The position numbers and the translations under genes are program-made. A model generated the notes under the pieces. The model was not told where the DNA came from and made no database searches. It saw only the letters and a program-made list of their open reading frames with translations. This document shows positions 33,342 through 45,040 of a stretch of DNA of 48,562 nt, piece after piece (the first letter of the stretch is position 1; the number at the start of each line of letters is the position of its first letter). Source of the DNA: Nemertoderma westbladi (lineage: Eukaryota > Animalia > Xenacoelomorpha); assembly GCA_032718475.1 (NCBI GenBank), contig JAUCBJ010007567.1, forward strand, positions 1 through 48,562. Direction: 5' to 3'.

Positions 33342-34481
33342 ATGATGCAACTGGAGGCGGCACTCCTGAGAGAAAGGGTTGATTGTTATCAGCCCCCATT
33401 TACCCACACCAGCATGGATCTCTTCGGGCCCTTTGAAGTTAAGCGTGCCCGCTCGATAGTGAAACGATGGTGCGTCATCTTCGTTTGCAGGACTTTTCGA
33501 GCCGTCCACCAGGATATGGTTAACGACATGTCGATGAAAAGTTTTATCCTTTGTCTCCGGAGACAGATCGGTAGATTTGGAACTAGCCGGACTATGAGGT
33601 CCGATCAGGGGACGAACTTCGTCGGCGCCAATAAAGAAATCACCAAATTCATTGCCGATTGGAACGATCACCAGCTCGAAGAACACCTTAAAGTGTCGGC
33701 ATCCACATGGACGTTCAATGCCGCCGATGCGGCCTGGTGGGGCGGAAGTTGGGAATGGTTGATTAAAAGTACAAAGGTCGCATTCCATCACATCATCCCA
33801 TGTAAGGCTTATTTAACCGACGAACTACGCAGAACTGTTTTGGAGGAGATATCAAGCTACTTGAACGATAGACCCCTCTTACCTATTTCGTCAAATCCAC
33901 AAGCCATGGAACCCCTCACACCGTCCCATTTCCTACTAAGAAAACCAGTAACTATGCTGCCTAAATCTGATCCACAGGATGGTGATGAGCTGTTGAGAGG
34001 TACTTGGCAAATGATGCAACTACTATCTTGGCGATTCGCTATACATTTCGAAAGATACTATTTACCTTCAGTCCAGCTCAGGACCAAATGGTTTTCCAAC
34101 AAGGAAAATGCATCAGTTGTTGGTGATATAGTACTCTTAGTGGATCAGGACCAACCTAGAAAGAACTGGGAAACGGGCCGTATAACAGAAGTTCATACGG
34201 GTAATGATGACTTGGTATGCTCAGTTGAACTGGCTATTTGGAGAGCTACACCCAAACCCAAAGTACACTATTTCAATCAACCAATCGGACGCCTTTGTTT
34301 ACTAGAATTGGCAAGGGAACGTTCCGGTAACTACATCTACCCCAGGGGCGTTCATCCTAACCCAGCTAAAGAGATCAAACGACTCTATCACACTATGATG
34401 TACCTCACCGAGGGTCACCCGCTCCCGGTCCTCCCTGATTCCTTTTACGACATGGAGGAGTATAGTAAGTCAGATGTATAA
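33342..34481 (+). CDS. pol: BEL-2 integrase core and C-terminus, running in frame into the start of the accessory ORF
   Basis: PFTHTSMDLFGP, SDQGTNFVGA, WWGGSWE, LNDRPL, LTPSHFLL; last ~55 aa match the accessory protein of BEL-1. Confidence 0.9.
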   Translation: MMQLEAALLRERVDCYQPPFTHTSMDLFGPFEVKRARSIVKRWCVIFVCRTFRAVHQDMVNDMSMKSFILCLRRQIGRFGTSRTMRSDQGTNFVGANKEITKFIADWNDHQLEEHLKVSASTWTFNAADAAWWGGSWEWLIKSTKVAFHHIIPCKAYLTDELRRTVLEEISSYLNDRPLLPISSNPQAMEPLTPSHFLLRKPVTMLPKSDPQDGDELLRGTWQMMQLLSWRFAIHFERYYLPSVQLRTKWFSNKENASVVGDIVLLVDQDQPRKNWETGRITEVHTGNDDLVCSVELAIWRATPKPKVHYFNQPIGRLCLLELARERSGNYIYPRGVHPNPAKEIKRLYHTMMYLTEGHPLPVLPDSFYDMEEYSKSDV

Positions 34482-37400
34482 AGTCTCCACCGCCGAACAA
34501 AACTGACCTCTGGCTATCGATTTAATGTCGATGAGAAACAGTTGCGTAGTTTGCAGAGGGTGCGTAAACCCATGATCCGCGTCCCTGAGTTCTCCCCCGG
34601 CACGATGTTGCCTATGGTGAAACCCGACTGATCTCCGACCAACCCCCGCTTCTCCGAAGCCATGTATCTGTATTTCCGAGACCTCATCATGGAGGAACAG
34701 ATAGCTCCCCATTACCATGAGGAATAGCCAACCCCTGTTCATCCCTCTATGGTCGGCATCGGTCGCGGCAGTTTGCTGCAACGCGAGGAATCCATGTGGA
34801 CTTCCCCTCTCACCTTCGCTGGGACCTCCACGCTCAATCGTAACTACTTGGTTACCGAGTTCCTTAACGCCCTTAGAAACTCTATCGACGTAGATGACCC
34901 TATTAAACTCTCCGGCAAGCTTGATGTCGTCCGTTGCATGAGACTACCGGAATTCGAATCCGAAGTCCACCTCCTAGAAGAGGAAATCGAATGAGGGAAG
35001 GCTATCTCCCTCGTGGATGCTCTGAGAGAAACCAACGTCTTCGCAAAGAAGAGGAACAGATAGAGCGTGAACGTTTAAACAACGAGTGCAAGCTTGCTTC
35101 TTTGGTCCAACCCACGGTCCAGACTCTTATGGAAGGGTTCCAAGGTAAAGCGCAGGCTCACCCGTCCGGGTCTGTAAAGCGTTTCGGTGTCGCTTACAGT
35201 CAAACCCAAACGATACTTTTCGACACTGACATCTCTAACTCCAACCTAGTCGCAGACGCTCCGATGCTGGAAACCCACATTGTAGAGCCCCTTCTCGACG
35301 AAACAGATGAGTGAATTATCGCTCCCCTTGGTCGAACTGACCAAATCAAGTCACTAATCCGGGATAAAAATCTGGAAAGACGTCCTCTCCATCCTCCGTT
35401 CTATGGAATTCAGGACCATCCGGATTTCGTTCTACTCGGTCAACATTATGTAATGAAACCCGAGGATTCCGCCTGCAGTATGGATTTTCTACCCTTAGTT
35501 AATCCCCTCGATGTCATGGAAATCGAACCCCTGCAGAAACATCTAGATCACATAATCAAACTGAACGCCTTTAGCAAACCCTTTAACATACAAACTATCG
35601 AGGATAAACCCGCACCCCCTCGGAATCTCGCTAATTTCATTAGTGATTGATTGATTCACTGGAACATCGATGTACGATTCCGGGAAGATAAACTCTCTAC
35701 CACATTGAAATGAAAATCCGTCGTAGAGAATGTCCAAAGCTACAAATCGGTAGTTATCGCCCGAGGCTCCATTGGATCCCTCGATAGCTTATGGACACCT
35801 GTTGAAGTGGACGAAACTGTCTCGTATCTCGAGTTCAACAACACTCTTGAGATTATCCAGCAGTATGGTGTGATGCTATACCACAACGAAGGTTCCATCT
35901 CGAATGATGAACTCGGTACTACCCGATTAATACATATCTGTGGTTTAACCGGAGCCACCCATGTATTCACGCCTCCCATAGCGCTGATGCATCCTTAACC
36001 CCTCCATCCTTCCAGGAAATGCTACCTTGGCACGGACAGTGTGAGAATTCCTACCGATTCTTTATTGAAACCAAGCATCAACCTACACTCGGCATTGAGC
36101 CCTCAATGTTGCCCCAACCCGTTCTCGACCTGTTGTTCAACGAGAGGATCTGTAAACTCGGTTCTGCGATATATCATATCCCGACTTGTACAAGGACTTT
36201 GACTCCTTATTAGACATCCCCTACCCCTTTGCAGACACGCAAATAATCCTCCCGAGGGCCCTGGAATGTGGCTTCTTCCGCGTCATTTACGAACGCGTAG
36301 GAAACGGAATGTGTAGAGCTGTACGTACCGGCATCGGACACATTTCATTCCATGAACTCGGCTGGGATTTCAAGGAAGGTCGGTATAACCGTTATTTAAA
36401 CCTATACAGTGATAATTATTCCCATTACTACTTCAACAGTCCTTTGACCGCCCTCGGTGCTGTTTATTCTAACATTGGTGGCCCTCTTCTGCCTTCTCTC
36501 GCCATTTATTTGATTTACGAGAACTCTGCCGTGTCAGGTTGGTTAGCCAATACTTGTATTAGTACTCTGAGGTCTCACCCCTTACTTCTCGGCACCCAGC
36601 TTGCTAAAGTTAACCATGAAGGGAAATTCCAAAGTTTTGAATGTTTTCGAAGGTTTTTATTCCCCTTCTTCGGCATCGACAGCCAGTTCCGTGACTCCGC
36701 TCTGAAGGGACAGGTAAATAAGCGTTTCTCCGCTTTTGAGGACCTAAACCGAAAGGGTTTCGCCATATTCAAGGATGTGTGCATTCGAAAACCTACATTC
36801 CACTATTCTATAATGCCCCATCCTCAAGTCTGGGTATTCAGTTTCGATTGTCCAAACCTCGGACAAGCAGTTCGCTTCTTATTTAAATGACTCTGCGGTA
36901 GACAACGTTTTAGAATCCAAATCCGTCCATCCCACCTCTGAGTTAGACGATGACGGCGAGTTTATTATACGGTGGCACCTTGGACCACAGCCATTAAATA
37001 GATTTGCCTTTCGTTCGGCCATATCACAAGTTCGGAAGCTCTGCATTCAATGTGTCTCCCATGCGCATAAAGAGCCACCTACCGGCGAGATTTGCCAAAC
37101 ATATTCACAATGTTCCGACCTACCCCTTCATTGTCCGTATTGTAGATTGTTAAATGATCACATGTTCTTTAACTGTCTGCAATTCTCGGAACAGTGCGAT
37201 AAATGTCTATTAAAGGGACATTATCCGAGCTACTGCCCCTTTGACTTGACACAAAGGGACGATGAAACATCCCTCCTAAAATATATTAAATTGTGGGAAC
37301 ATTCCGCTGATTTACACCAAGTCACGCGCCTCCGTTATGAGTCCGCCCGCTCATATTGCGGTGTCTTTGCCTTCAATCCCTACGCCTTTGCTATTGAAGC

Positions 37401-37600
37401 GCAATGATCCCACCTTCCTGATTACCAATTACTATTAACAGTCTCGGAACTCACCAATGTTCAATACATGCACAGGTTCCTTCGCCAAATGAACCCCGGT
37501 GATGTGACAACTTACAACCTTATCGAATTTATTCGGAAAGACTCCAATCTTGGTTACGAGTGCGTCGCTGCCAATCCTGAGTTACGTACCTCCGTCATAT
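34310..37600 (+). pseudogene. Degenerate homologue of the exonuclease-like/zinc-knuckle accessory ORF
   Basis: Collinear blocks: KEIKRLYHTMMYL, FLPLV, LWTP, VMLYHNEG, THVF, MLPQPV..KLGS, PFADT, RTGIG..WDFK, RFLFPFF, KGFAIF, CDKCLLKGHYPSYC, WEHSADLH, LPDYQ. Confidence 0.85.
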
Positions 37601-38396
37601 CGCGCGTCTTGTGGATGAGACAGTCAAGCCTCTAAGGTATGTTTCAGACAGAGGAGGTGTCACAACTTCATCACAAACCCTTAAAGGACTGGTCAATGCT
37701 GCCAATCTCAAGAAAGCGGTACAATCCATGTTAACCCCTTCCTCTAGATCTTCACCGGCCAAAGTACTCCGAAAGGGTGTAAAGTTATTACGTCATTCCA
37801 TTCCGTCGGCAACTACGGTTGTCGAAACTCAACCGGGAACATCCACTGGTGGACCAATCATGCGTACAGTCGCGCCTCCTCCAGACTCTTTGGAAATTCA
37901 TCCTTCCGCCACTGACAAGTGCGAAGTTCCCCGCCTTTGTCGCCAAATAACGGTTCCCCACCAACGAAACGTCGCAAGCAACCCTCCAAAAAAAAAGACA
38001 CGAAAATAAACATTGATTTTATTGGTTACTTTATATTACCCCTATTTTACTTTATATGACTCATATCTTTACTTTATATTACATGTAAAATAAGTAAACG
38101 GTGTCCCCAATAATTCATTTAGCTTATTTGTTCACAAACTGAAACCTTTTATACATGCTTTAAATACTTTCTAGCACTATAGTTCGCTTATTCAGAAGTG
38201 ATGGATATTCATTGAACCACTTGATTATTTTGTTCACGAGTTGAGACATTTTTTTTGTATGTTGGATACGTATGTCCCATATAATTCTAGTTTGATATTG
38301 TTAATTGAACTATTTACTTACTAGACCTTCTTCTATGTACGATTTTGAACTTCTGCCTTAATTTTAACACCCTGGTAGCTAAATGAATGGAAGCGG

Positions 38397-39014
38397 TGTT
38401 GCTGCATTCATGAATTCTGCCTTTAAATTCTTATTTTACCAATTTTAGTCCAAAACTACATTTTTTATTGATAAAAAACCAGTTACAGTTTTTACGCCGT
38501 ATAGTGCCATTATACCCATATTCGAATTGATAGGATGCCTTCCTGAGATTCGTGACGTCTTATTGGCCCATATTATTGCCTTGAGTAAACCTGATATATA
38601 ATCTCTGCTGGTTGATCATTTTGGCCGCCCAGCACATTAGCATATCGCAGAGGAGTTACCTCCAATGCAGGGCCTTTGGATGCTGGTCAGATTACTGATG
38701 ACCAGCGTTTATTATATGTCTTTATGTTATATGCCTTTGCCGTTAATGTCCGTATCTTGGTGACATTATAATATTATTATTAATTGATATTCTGTCGTTA
38801 AACTCAATTTACTCTATTTGTTTGTTTAATATATCGCCGATATTACGTAATCAAGGAAGTTTTACACGCGCCAGAAAAGGTGGGTCACTACAATTAAGTA
38901 TCAGTGATACTACTACTACTAGGTCGAGCGAACTCGGACAGTATCAGTGATAATCTGGACAATTGTATTGAAATTGATATTGAAAGAACATATTTTTTAT
39001 TAAAAGCGCTAACA
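38397..39014 (+). repeat. 3' LTR of BEL-2
   Basis: PPT AAATGAATGGAAGCGG 38381-38396, TGTT start, AACA end followed by the TSD. Confidence 0.93.
38910..38939 (-). mobile_element. Minimal (~30 bp) RTE-B 3'-end insertion
   Basis: (CTA)4-GGTCGAGCGAACTCGGAC flanked by 13-bp TSD AGTATCAGTGATA (38897-38909, 38940-38952). Confidence 0.9.
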
Positions 39015-40511
39015 CCCAGGATATCCAAAAAGTAATGGACACGCAGAGGTGAATGTGAAAAAGATAAAATATTTGTTGGCCAAAACTAGTGGCAATATAA
39101 ATTCGGATGATTTTCTAGCGGGTCTGCTAGAATTACGAAGTACTCCAAATGAAGATGGATTATCCCCAGCGCAACGAGTATTCTGTCATCCCTTACGATC
39201 ACTCGTCCCAACTCATTGGAGATCCTATTGTAGCGAGTGGCAGAAAGATGCAGACATTGCTGATTGAAACCGCTTAAACACTGCTGATAAACGGAGATAC
39301 TATTATAATCGATCTGCAGTTGCATTAAAAAATATAAAAGTTGGCTCCACCGTTATAGTAAGAGATCTAAATTCTCAAGTTCTTCCCAACTTATCATTAT
39401 GGGATAAGTTGGCTTTAGTAGTCGAAACGGACAATCATCGACGATACAGGCTCCGTTTCGCATCAGGACGCGTTCTATGGCGAAACAGATGTTACCTTCG
39501 ACCCATACAACCCGAATTATTAAATATTGATTCCAGTTCCAACAACCAAATGAGTAGTTCCACTAATGATGTGAATAGACCAACAGCAGACTCATACACT
39601 AGACCCCAAAACTTACAAACAGACATACAACCCTCCATGGATTCTCCAGTGAACCGTCGATCAGGGCAAATCTGCAAACCACCAGAAAGATTAACTTACA
39701 ACTCTTTCGGCTGAAGATGTTTTAATTTTCTACTACTACTATGATCGGCATGCTGCATTGCAGCTGCATTTTTAAGAAAACTGTGCCGGCTTGTCGACAT
39801 AATTGCGCCGCCACAACTCCCTATCACACATGACATTTGCTCGTTCATCCGCATCTTCAAGGCCAGTGTCCTTTAAAATGCGTCTCAAGAAAGTCATGGG
39901 CTATCCACCATGCTTATTCACTCCATGAGGCTGCCAAAGCACAAGATTATGCACTGGCTGGTCCTCACGGCGAAAGCAATGTCCTGCAAAGCGGAGGCGA
40001 CTTTGTTCTAGTGTTAAGCTTGGGGGAACCAATGAGACGCCTTCAATGTTATATAGTGTCCGGTTGGAGATGTGTGCATTGTAATTGACACAATGAACCC
40101 GGCGTAGCATTCTTGTGAATGTGCAATTTTCTGATTGTATTTTAACACTGCTAAAATTTTAACTCAGGAAGATCCATAATGAATTTTATAATAAACTGGA
40201 AGATTACTTAACCATTTACTTATACTATTAATATTGGATCTCGAAAAAGAGGAGTTGGTATATTAGTATATTGTGTATAAAGTAGAATATTGTGTACAAG
40301 ATAGGCCTACTGGTGGAGGTTTTGCTACCGGTAACTAGTTTTAGTTGTTGTTATCATAGTGCGGTTCTTATAACGGCACGGACAGTAGTCACTCCTTCTA
40401 TACATTACAAGAATATGGTGTTTTATTTAATAGAAGAAAATAGCCTTGCGCAGGTGCAAAAAGATGTAACATTTGGACACTAATCTCTCAGCTATTCCAT
40501 CAATAACACCA
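39015..40511 (+). mobile_element. Gypsy element 2, right part: integrase C-terminus, PPT and 3' LTR (40256-40511)
   Basis: SNGHAE, LLELRSTP..GLSPAQ, GRVLWRNR motifs; PPT GAAAAAGAGGAG 40243-40254; LTR TGGT...ACCA. Confidence 0.85.
39732..40124 (-). mobile_element. RTE-A 5'-truncated copy
   Basis: Reverse complement of ~6982-7376; (TAG)n tail; 8-bp TSD AATTTTCT at 39724-39731 and 40125-40132. Confidence 0.92.
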
Positions 40512-40629
40512 AGTCACTATAAAGTGGAAGAATAACTGTAGTGGAACTGGTGAAATAACGCCGGAGACACCTTTTTCAAAACCTTGTAACTAAAAATTGA
40601 AAGCAGAAATAATAATTCTGGATCACCCA

Positions 40630-41765
40630 CGGAGGAGGAGGGAGGCGAAAACTATCTTTGGGGGGGGGGGGGGGGGCAGGTACCTGAATAAAGATGCATA
40701 GAAATTCTCATCCAACTAGGCCCAAAAGGCCTGCGAGAAGATTGTGCAAAAGTTTACGACATTGATGCTAAAAGGAAGAAATTATGTGATAACTTCGAAA
40801 GCCAAGAATCATTTTTACATTTCCTGACAGATAATAAGAAAAAAATTTCAGCAAACAAAGATGCTAAATTATTCATGGAAAAACTTTATCCAAGAGGTGT
40901 AGCATCGGATGCATCTAATTTTGATATAACACTAATACTAACCCTCTTTGATTTGCTAAAGCTGGAAGGGGAGATGGTTTGCTTAAAAGATCTCCGTTCG
41001 ATCAGAAATGAATACTATGCGCATTTGCCAAAACTGGCAATGACTAATGGTGTCTTTGAAAAACAATGGAAAATCTTGAGTGATTTGTTGCTGAGTCTCA
41101 CGATTGGGGAGGAAAATAATAAACTTCAAGTTCGTATTGAAGAGTTGAAAAATCAAGAAATGAATCCGACATCATGTGACCAAATCCTGACGGACTTAAT
41201 GAGAAGTATGGGAACAAATGTCGAGCAATTACGATGGATTGTTGGATGGATTGTAGATAACCATGAATTGCAAACACAATTACTTCTGGGGATATCAGAT
41301 GATATTCGAAGTACCTTTAATCCTAACCAACACCGTAGGGGATGGGATGAGAGCAAGTTAAATGAATTTAGAAATTGGTTTGATGAAATTCTTAATGACA
41401 AAAAAATGGCATGCATAATCAATAGTAGTCTTTTTCCTATTGTTCGTGACAGTGTTGAAAAATTGAAACAAGATATGAAAGAATACTTTAATAAAATGCA
41501 AGATGAAAAATTACCCGTTGTGATAAGTGGCTATGATTATGATGATACAATTTTTGAGAATTGGAAACAGTTGATTACAGAAAATAATGAAGGTTTCAGG
41601 ATTCTAGTTTTGGAAGATTTTTCGAACTGTTGTGTAATACCTTCTGGTTTTGGACACTATGGACGAGCCATTGGGACTGTTCCGTGGGATGTGGTGATCG
41701 ATTTTGCTAAACCTTTGGATAATAATGAAAATACTGTCTTTGAATTTATTAAGAATAATAAATGA
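40630..41765 (+). pseudogene. N-terminal part of HEPN-SAMD9-like gene: DZIP3-type HEPN domain and start of a SIR2-like region
   Basis: ENYL/RCIEILIQLGPKGLRE, SNFDITLILTL, IRNEYYAH (41004-41024), FEKQWKILSDLL; VPWDVVIDF; in-frame 33-nt poly-G insert with a stop at 40659-40691. Confidence 0.75.
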
Positions 41766-44700
41766 TTATGCAACATAAATCTGTAGACATAATCAAGCCT
41801 GTTGAAATCAAACAAGTTAAAGAATCAAGAACGTCTAAGATAAGTGCTTCACAGGCCACGTTATATGTGCGAATGAACGAAAAGGAAGCTACACAGAAAT
41901 TTAGATCTATTTTAGTAAACGAATTTGCACCATTGATAAATAGCATTGCTGAAAAATTTGATAGGCCAAGAGAAGTGACAGTTACAATCCTATCATTTGG
42001 GGAGGATATTGAATCGACAAAAGACATACAAACGTTAATATTATATTTAACTAATTTTGTGTTTGATAAGGAACTACAAACTAAGGCATCGGGCAATATA
42101 TACAAGTTTAACATATTTTGCTTTGCCCTCAACACCAATGGTGCATATCAACATCTTGCTGAACTAAAGGCACAAAAAGTTAAAATTATTCCTCTCCAAC
42201 TAGACATACTGTGCAAAGTAATATTTAAAAAGTTTTGCAATACAAATTTTATTGATCAGGAAGAGTACATTTTCCCTTCACGTACCCATACCACATGGAA
42301 TATGCCACCCAAAACTTTCAATGACTACAAATCTTTGATGACAATGTATCACCGAAATATTGGAGAGGAAACCTGGAAAGGTTTGGGCAGCAACTTAGAC
42401 AAAGAAATGAATATTTGCAAAATTGATTATTTGAAGGGAAATGAAATAACTCCAGAAATGTTGTACGTCAATGAAAAACAGCAATTATATGTTGATAGAA
42501 CAGCAATGCAGAATCTGCGCAGAATGGCGGAGGGTAGGCTGAAGCAGAAGCCTTTCTGGCTGACCAAACCAAAATCGAACGTCATTACAGTAATGCATGA
42601 CCCATCTGGTGGGGGAACTACTGCTGCACGCGTCACCTTATTTAAGTTGAGAGAAAGACACCCAGCAATGGAAATAATACTGCATATTGTTGATGAAACC
42701 GAATTTTATGATGCTGCTAAAGACATTTATGTCCGCTCTGGTAAGCTCCCATTATTGTTATTTGTTGATGATAAATTTTCTACAACTGATGTTCGGCAAA
42801 TTAGCCTACATTTAAGAGCAAGAAATGTTGACTGTGTTATTTTGCATGTGTTGCGAATACCAAGTCAAAGCGTTGCCACTAAATTTCACCATGAGGATAC
42901 CCATGGAGGTATTTGTAATGTGGATAAACAAAGTGAACTAAAAGTTTATATGAAGTCGCGATTGGATGATCCAGTTGACAGTGCAGCATTCAGGATTCTT
43001 TATGACGAATTTGGCGATACAATTTTTTTACTGGGGCTAATGAAATTTACAGGAGAATATGGAAGGATTAAAAAGCATGTTAACCAATGTATTGCAAATA
43101 CTAGCGAATTTGAGCGGCGAGTTTTGAGACTTGCCTGCTTGATGAGGCAACATTCCACAGCACTAAAGCTTCCTTTGACAATCGCTTCAACTATTTTGGG
43201 CATGGAGAACAAACCGATAACATTTACAAATCTGCGTGACAATATTGGCCCAATTGGTGAATTGTTTGTCACTGATGAAAATAGTGATAAGTATGGGAGA
43301 GCAGGTATAAAACTGGCTGATCATTGTCTTATTCCATATGTGTTAACTGAATGTGTTGCAGAGGCTGAAGGTCTTGCTGACATCTTCTCTGATCTGAAAC
43401 ATCTCAAATCTACAAAAAGACGACAGAATTCTGGCATTAGTCATGGAAGTGTACCAACAGATTTAAAAGTGGAATTGTTTTCAGCGGTGGTGATCAGTGT
43501 ATTTGTAAAGGATTTGGAATATACTTTGAACAATCTAACTGATTCAAATTATGAAGACATCGGATATATTGTAAGTGATTTGATTATGAAGAATTCATCA
43601 CCAAATTTCCATTACACAAACTTCACTCAAAATTTAATAAATTGGGATAAGGATGAGGCAGGAAAAGTTTTACCCATAATAATTGAAAAGTTACAGAGTG
43701 ATAGGAGACTGGCAGATCACATGAATAGGGTGCGATCAGTATACGCAAGACTCCTCATGTACGAATTAGAAGATCACAAAAAGTCCATTGAAGAAATGAA
43801 GAAAGTATTGGGACTCAAAATATATGAAACATTGGAAAGTTCTACTGGAATAAGTACAAATTCACTAGTAACGTATGGACATTTACTGTGCACCCAAATC
43901 CAGCATTTTAAAACAATCTTTAATGGTACCGGCACTTGTAGTATTTTAACAAAAGCAGATAAAGATAAAACGTTAGAGAATATCCTAGAAATAGGAAAAG
44001 AGGCAAGAATTGCTTTCCAATTGGCTCAAAGCAAACCAGTTTTATACAATCGTGTTTATTTTAAAACCTGGTTGTATCATCCTGGTGCGTTTATTGGGGA
44101 ATTGAAAGCTATTTCTCACACATTGGGTACGTTTTTTGAACATCGATGCGAAAAAAAACCAAATTTATATTCTGATGCACTAAAAGGAGAGTTGAGTGCC
44201 TTCAAAAACTGTGTAGAGGAATGTGGTAAAATTATGGATGTATATCAACGCCTAGAGGGCGAAAAGCGCTTATTATATGAAAGACAAAGAACCAAGAAGC
44301 GAGAAGAGAAACGCTTCAAGTGGTTTCTTGAAATTTTAAAAATGCATCATGGGCTGAAATCCACACGCTTGTGTTCAACTAATTTGGAAACTTTCTTCAC
44401 ATGTGTTAAAGACAATATGTGTATACCAGTTGGTGACCTCGTAGGATATTGGTCAGATCAAGGACATACACGGAAAAAATTTATTGACCTGCGACCTTTC
44501 GAACTGCGTCTGATTATTAAAGAAACAGAATGTCGTTGGACCAAAGCTCCTGCCAAGGTCCTGTCTTCCACATTCGAGGACTTTATTAGAGCAGCCATAA
44601 TATTGCATTACAAGGCACCACATCAGGTTCATGACAAAAACACTTTGGATAGTCTCATATTTGCTGCTAAAACTTGGCAGGAGAAATTTGAAGATGTGAC

Positions 44701-45040
44701 CCTATCTCATATCTTCCATGGTGTTCTGTTATTCATAAAAAGTCTCCAAGAAGATAAAAAACATATTAAAATACCTAAAATGATTTTTAAAGATGATGAT
44801 ATTGTTGAGAAGAACTCCAACAAAATACTGTTTAGTGTTGGAAAGGGAACTGGAATTGCCGGAATAATCCCATTCCGTGAAGGAACTGAAGAACTCACTG
44901 AGGAACTGAAGGAATTTACAGGGCGTCCCATCGATTCAAAAGATTTAATTCGAGTTGATGGTTATGATAATTTGACTGTAAACCATATTGGTGTTAAAGA
45001 AAATTTTAGACAAATGGGAAAGGCGCCTATAAATAAATAA
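41762..45040 (+). CDS. SAMD9-like STAND P-loop NTPase with helical/TPR-like and OB-fold-like regions
   Basis: MHDPSGGGTTAARVTLFKLR (SAMD9-type Walker A, ~42593-42622), LPLLLFVDD (Walker B), LLGLMKF, FTGR; the SAMD9-like terminal motif FNLVFTTVGQLKADNVE lies out of frame at ~45059-45134. Confidence 0.8.
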   Translation: MIMQHKSVDIIKPVEIKQVKESRTSKISASQATLYVRMNEKEATQKFRSILVNEFAPLINSIAEKFDRPREVTVTILSFGEDIESTKDIQTLILYLTNFVFDKELQTKASGNIYKFNIFCFALNTNGAYQHLAELKAQKVKIIPLQLDILCKVIFKKFCNTNFIDQEEYIFPSRTHTTWNMPPKTFNDYKSLMTMYHRNIGEETWKGLGSNLDKEMNICKIDYLKGNEITPEMLYVNEKQQLYVDRTAMQNLRRMAEGRLKQKPFWLTKPKSNVITVMHDPSGGGTTAARVTLFKLRERHPAMEIILHIVDETEFYDAAKDIYVRSGKLPLLLFVDDKFSTTDVRQISLHLRARNVDCVILHVLRIPSQSVATKFHHEDTHGGICNVDKQSELKVYMKSRLDDPVDSAAFRILYDEFGDTIFLLGLMKFTGEYGRIKKHVNQCIANTSEFERRVLRLACLMRQHSTALKLPLTIASTILGMENKPITFTNLRDNIGPIGELFVTDENSDKYGRAGIKLADHCLIPYVLTECVAEAEGLADIFSDLKHLKSTKRRQNSGISHGSVPTDLKVELFSAVVISVFVKDLEYTLNNLTDSNYEDIGYIVSDLIMKNSSPNFHYTNFTQNLINWDKDEAGKVLPIIIEKLQSDRRLADHMNRVRSVYARLLMYELEDHKKSIEEMKKVLGLKIYETLESSTGISTNSLVTYGHLLCTQIQHFKTIFNGTGTCSILTKADKDKTLENILEIGKEARIAFQLAQSKPVLYNRVYFKTWLYHPGAFIGELKAISHTLGTFFEHRCEKKPNLYSDALKGELSAFKNCVEECGKIMDVYQRLEGEKRLLYERQRTKKREEKRFKWFLEILKMHHGLKSTRLCSTNLETFFTCVKDNMCIPVGDLVGYWSDQGHTRKKFIDLRPFELRLIIKETECRWTKAPAKVLSSTFEDFIRAAIILHYKAPHQVHDKNTLDSLIFAAKTWQEKFEDVTLSHIFHGVLLFIKSLQEDKKHIKIPKMIFKDDDIVEKNSNKILFSVGKGTGIAGIIPFREGTEELTEELKEFTGRPIDSKDLIRVDGYDNLTVNHIGVKENFRQMGKAPINK

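Larger units (their letters stand above)
30830..39014 (+). mobile_element. BEL/Pao element 2, degenerate and internally deleted, with both termini and a 5-bp TSD
   Basis: TSD CCCAG at 30825-30829 and 39015-39019; TGTT...AACA termini; matching LTRs; removing it restores Gypsy integrase STPGYPKSNGHAE. Confidence 0.95.
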
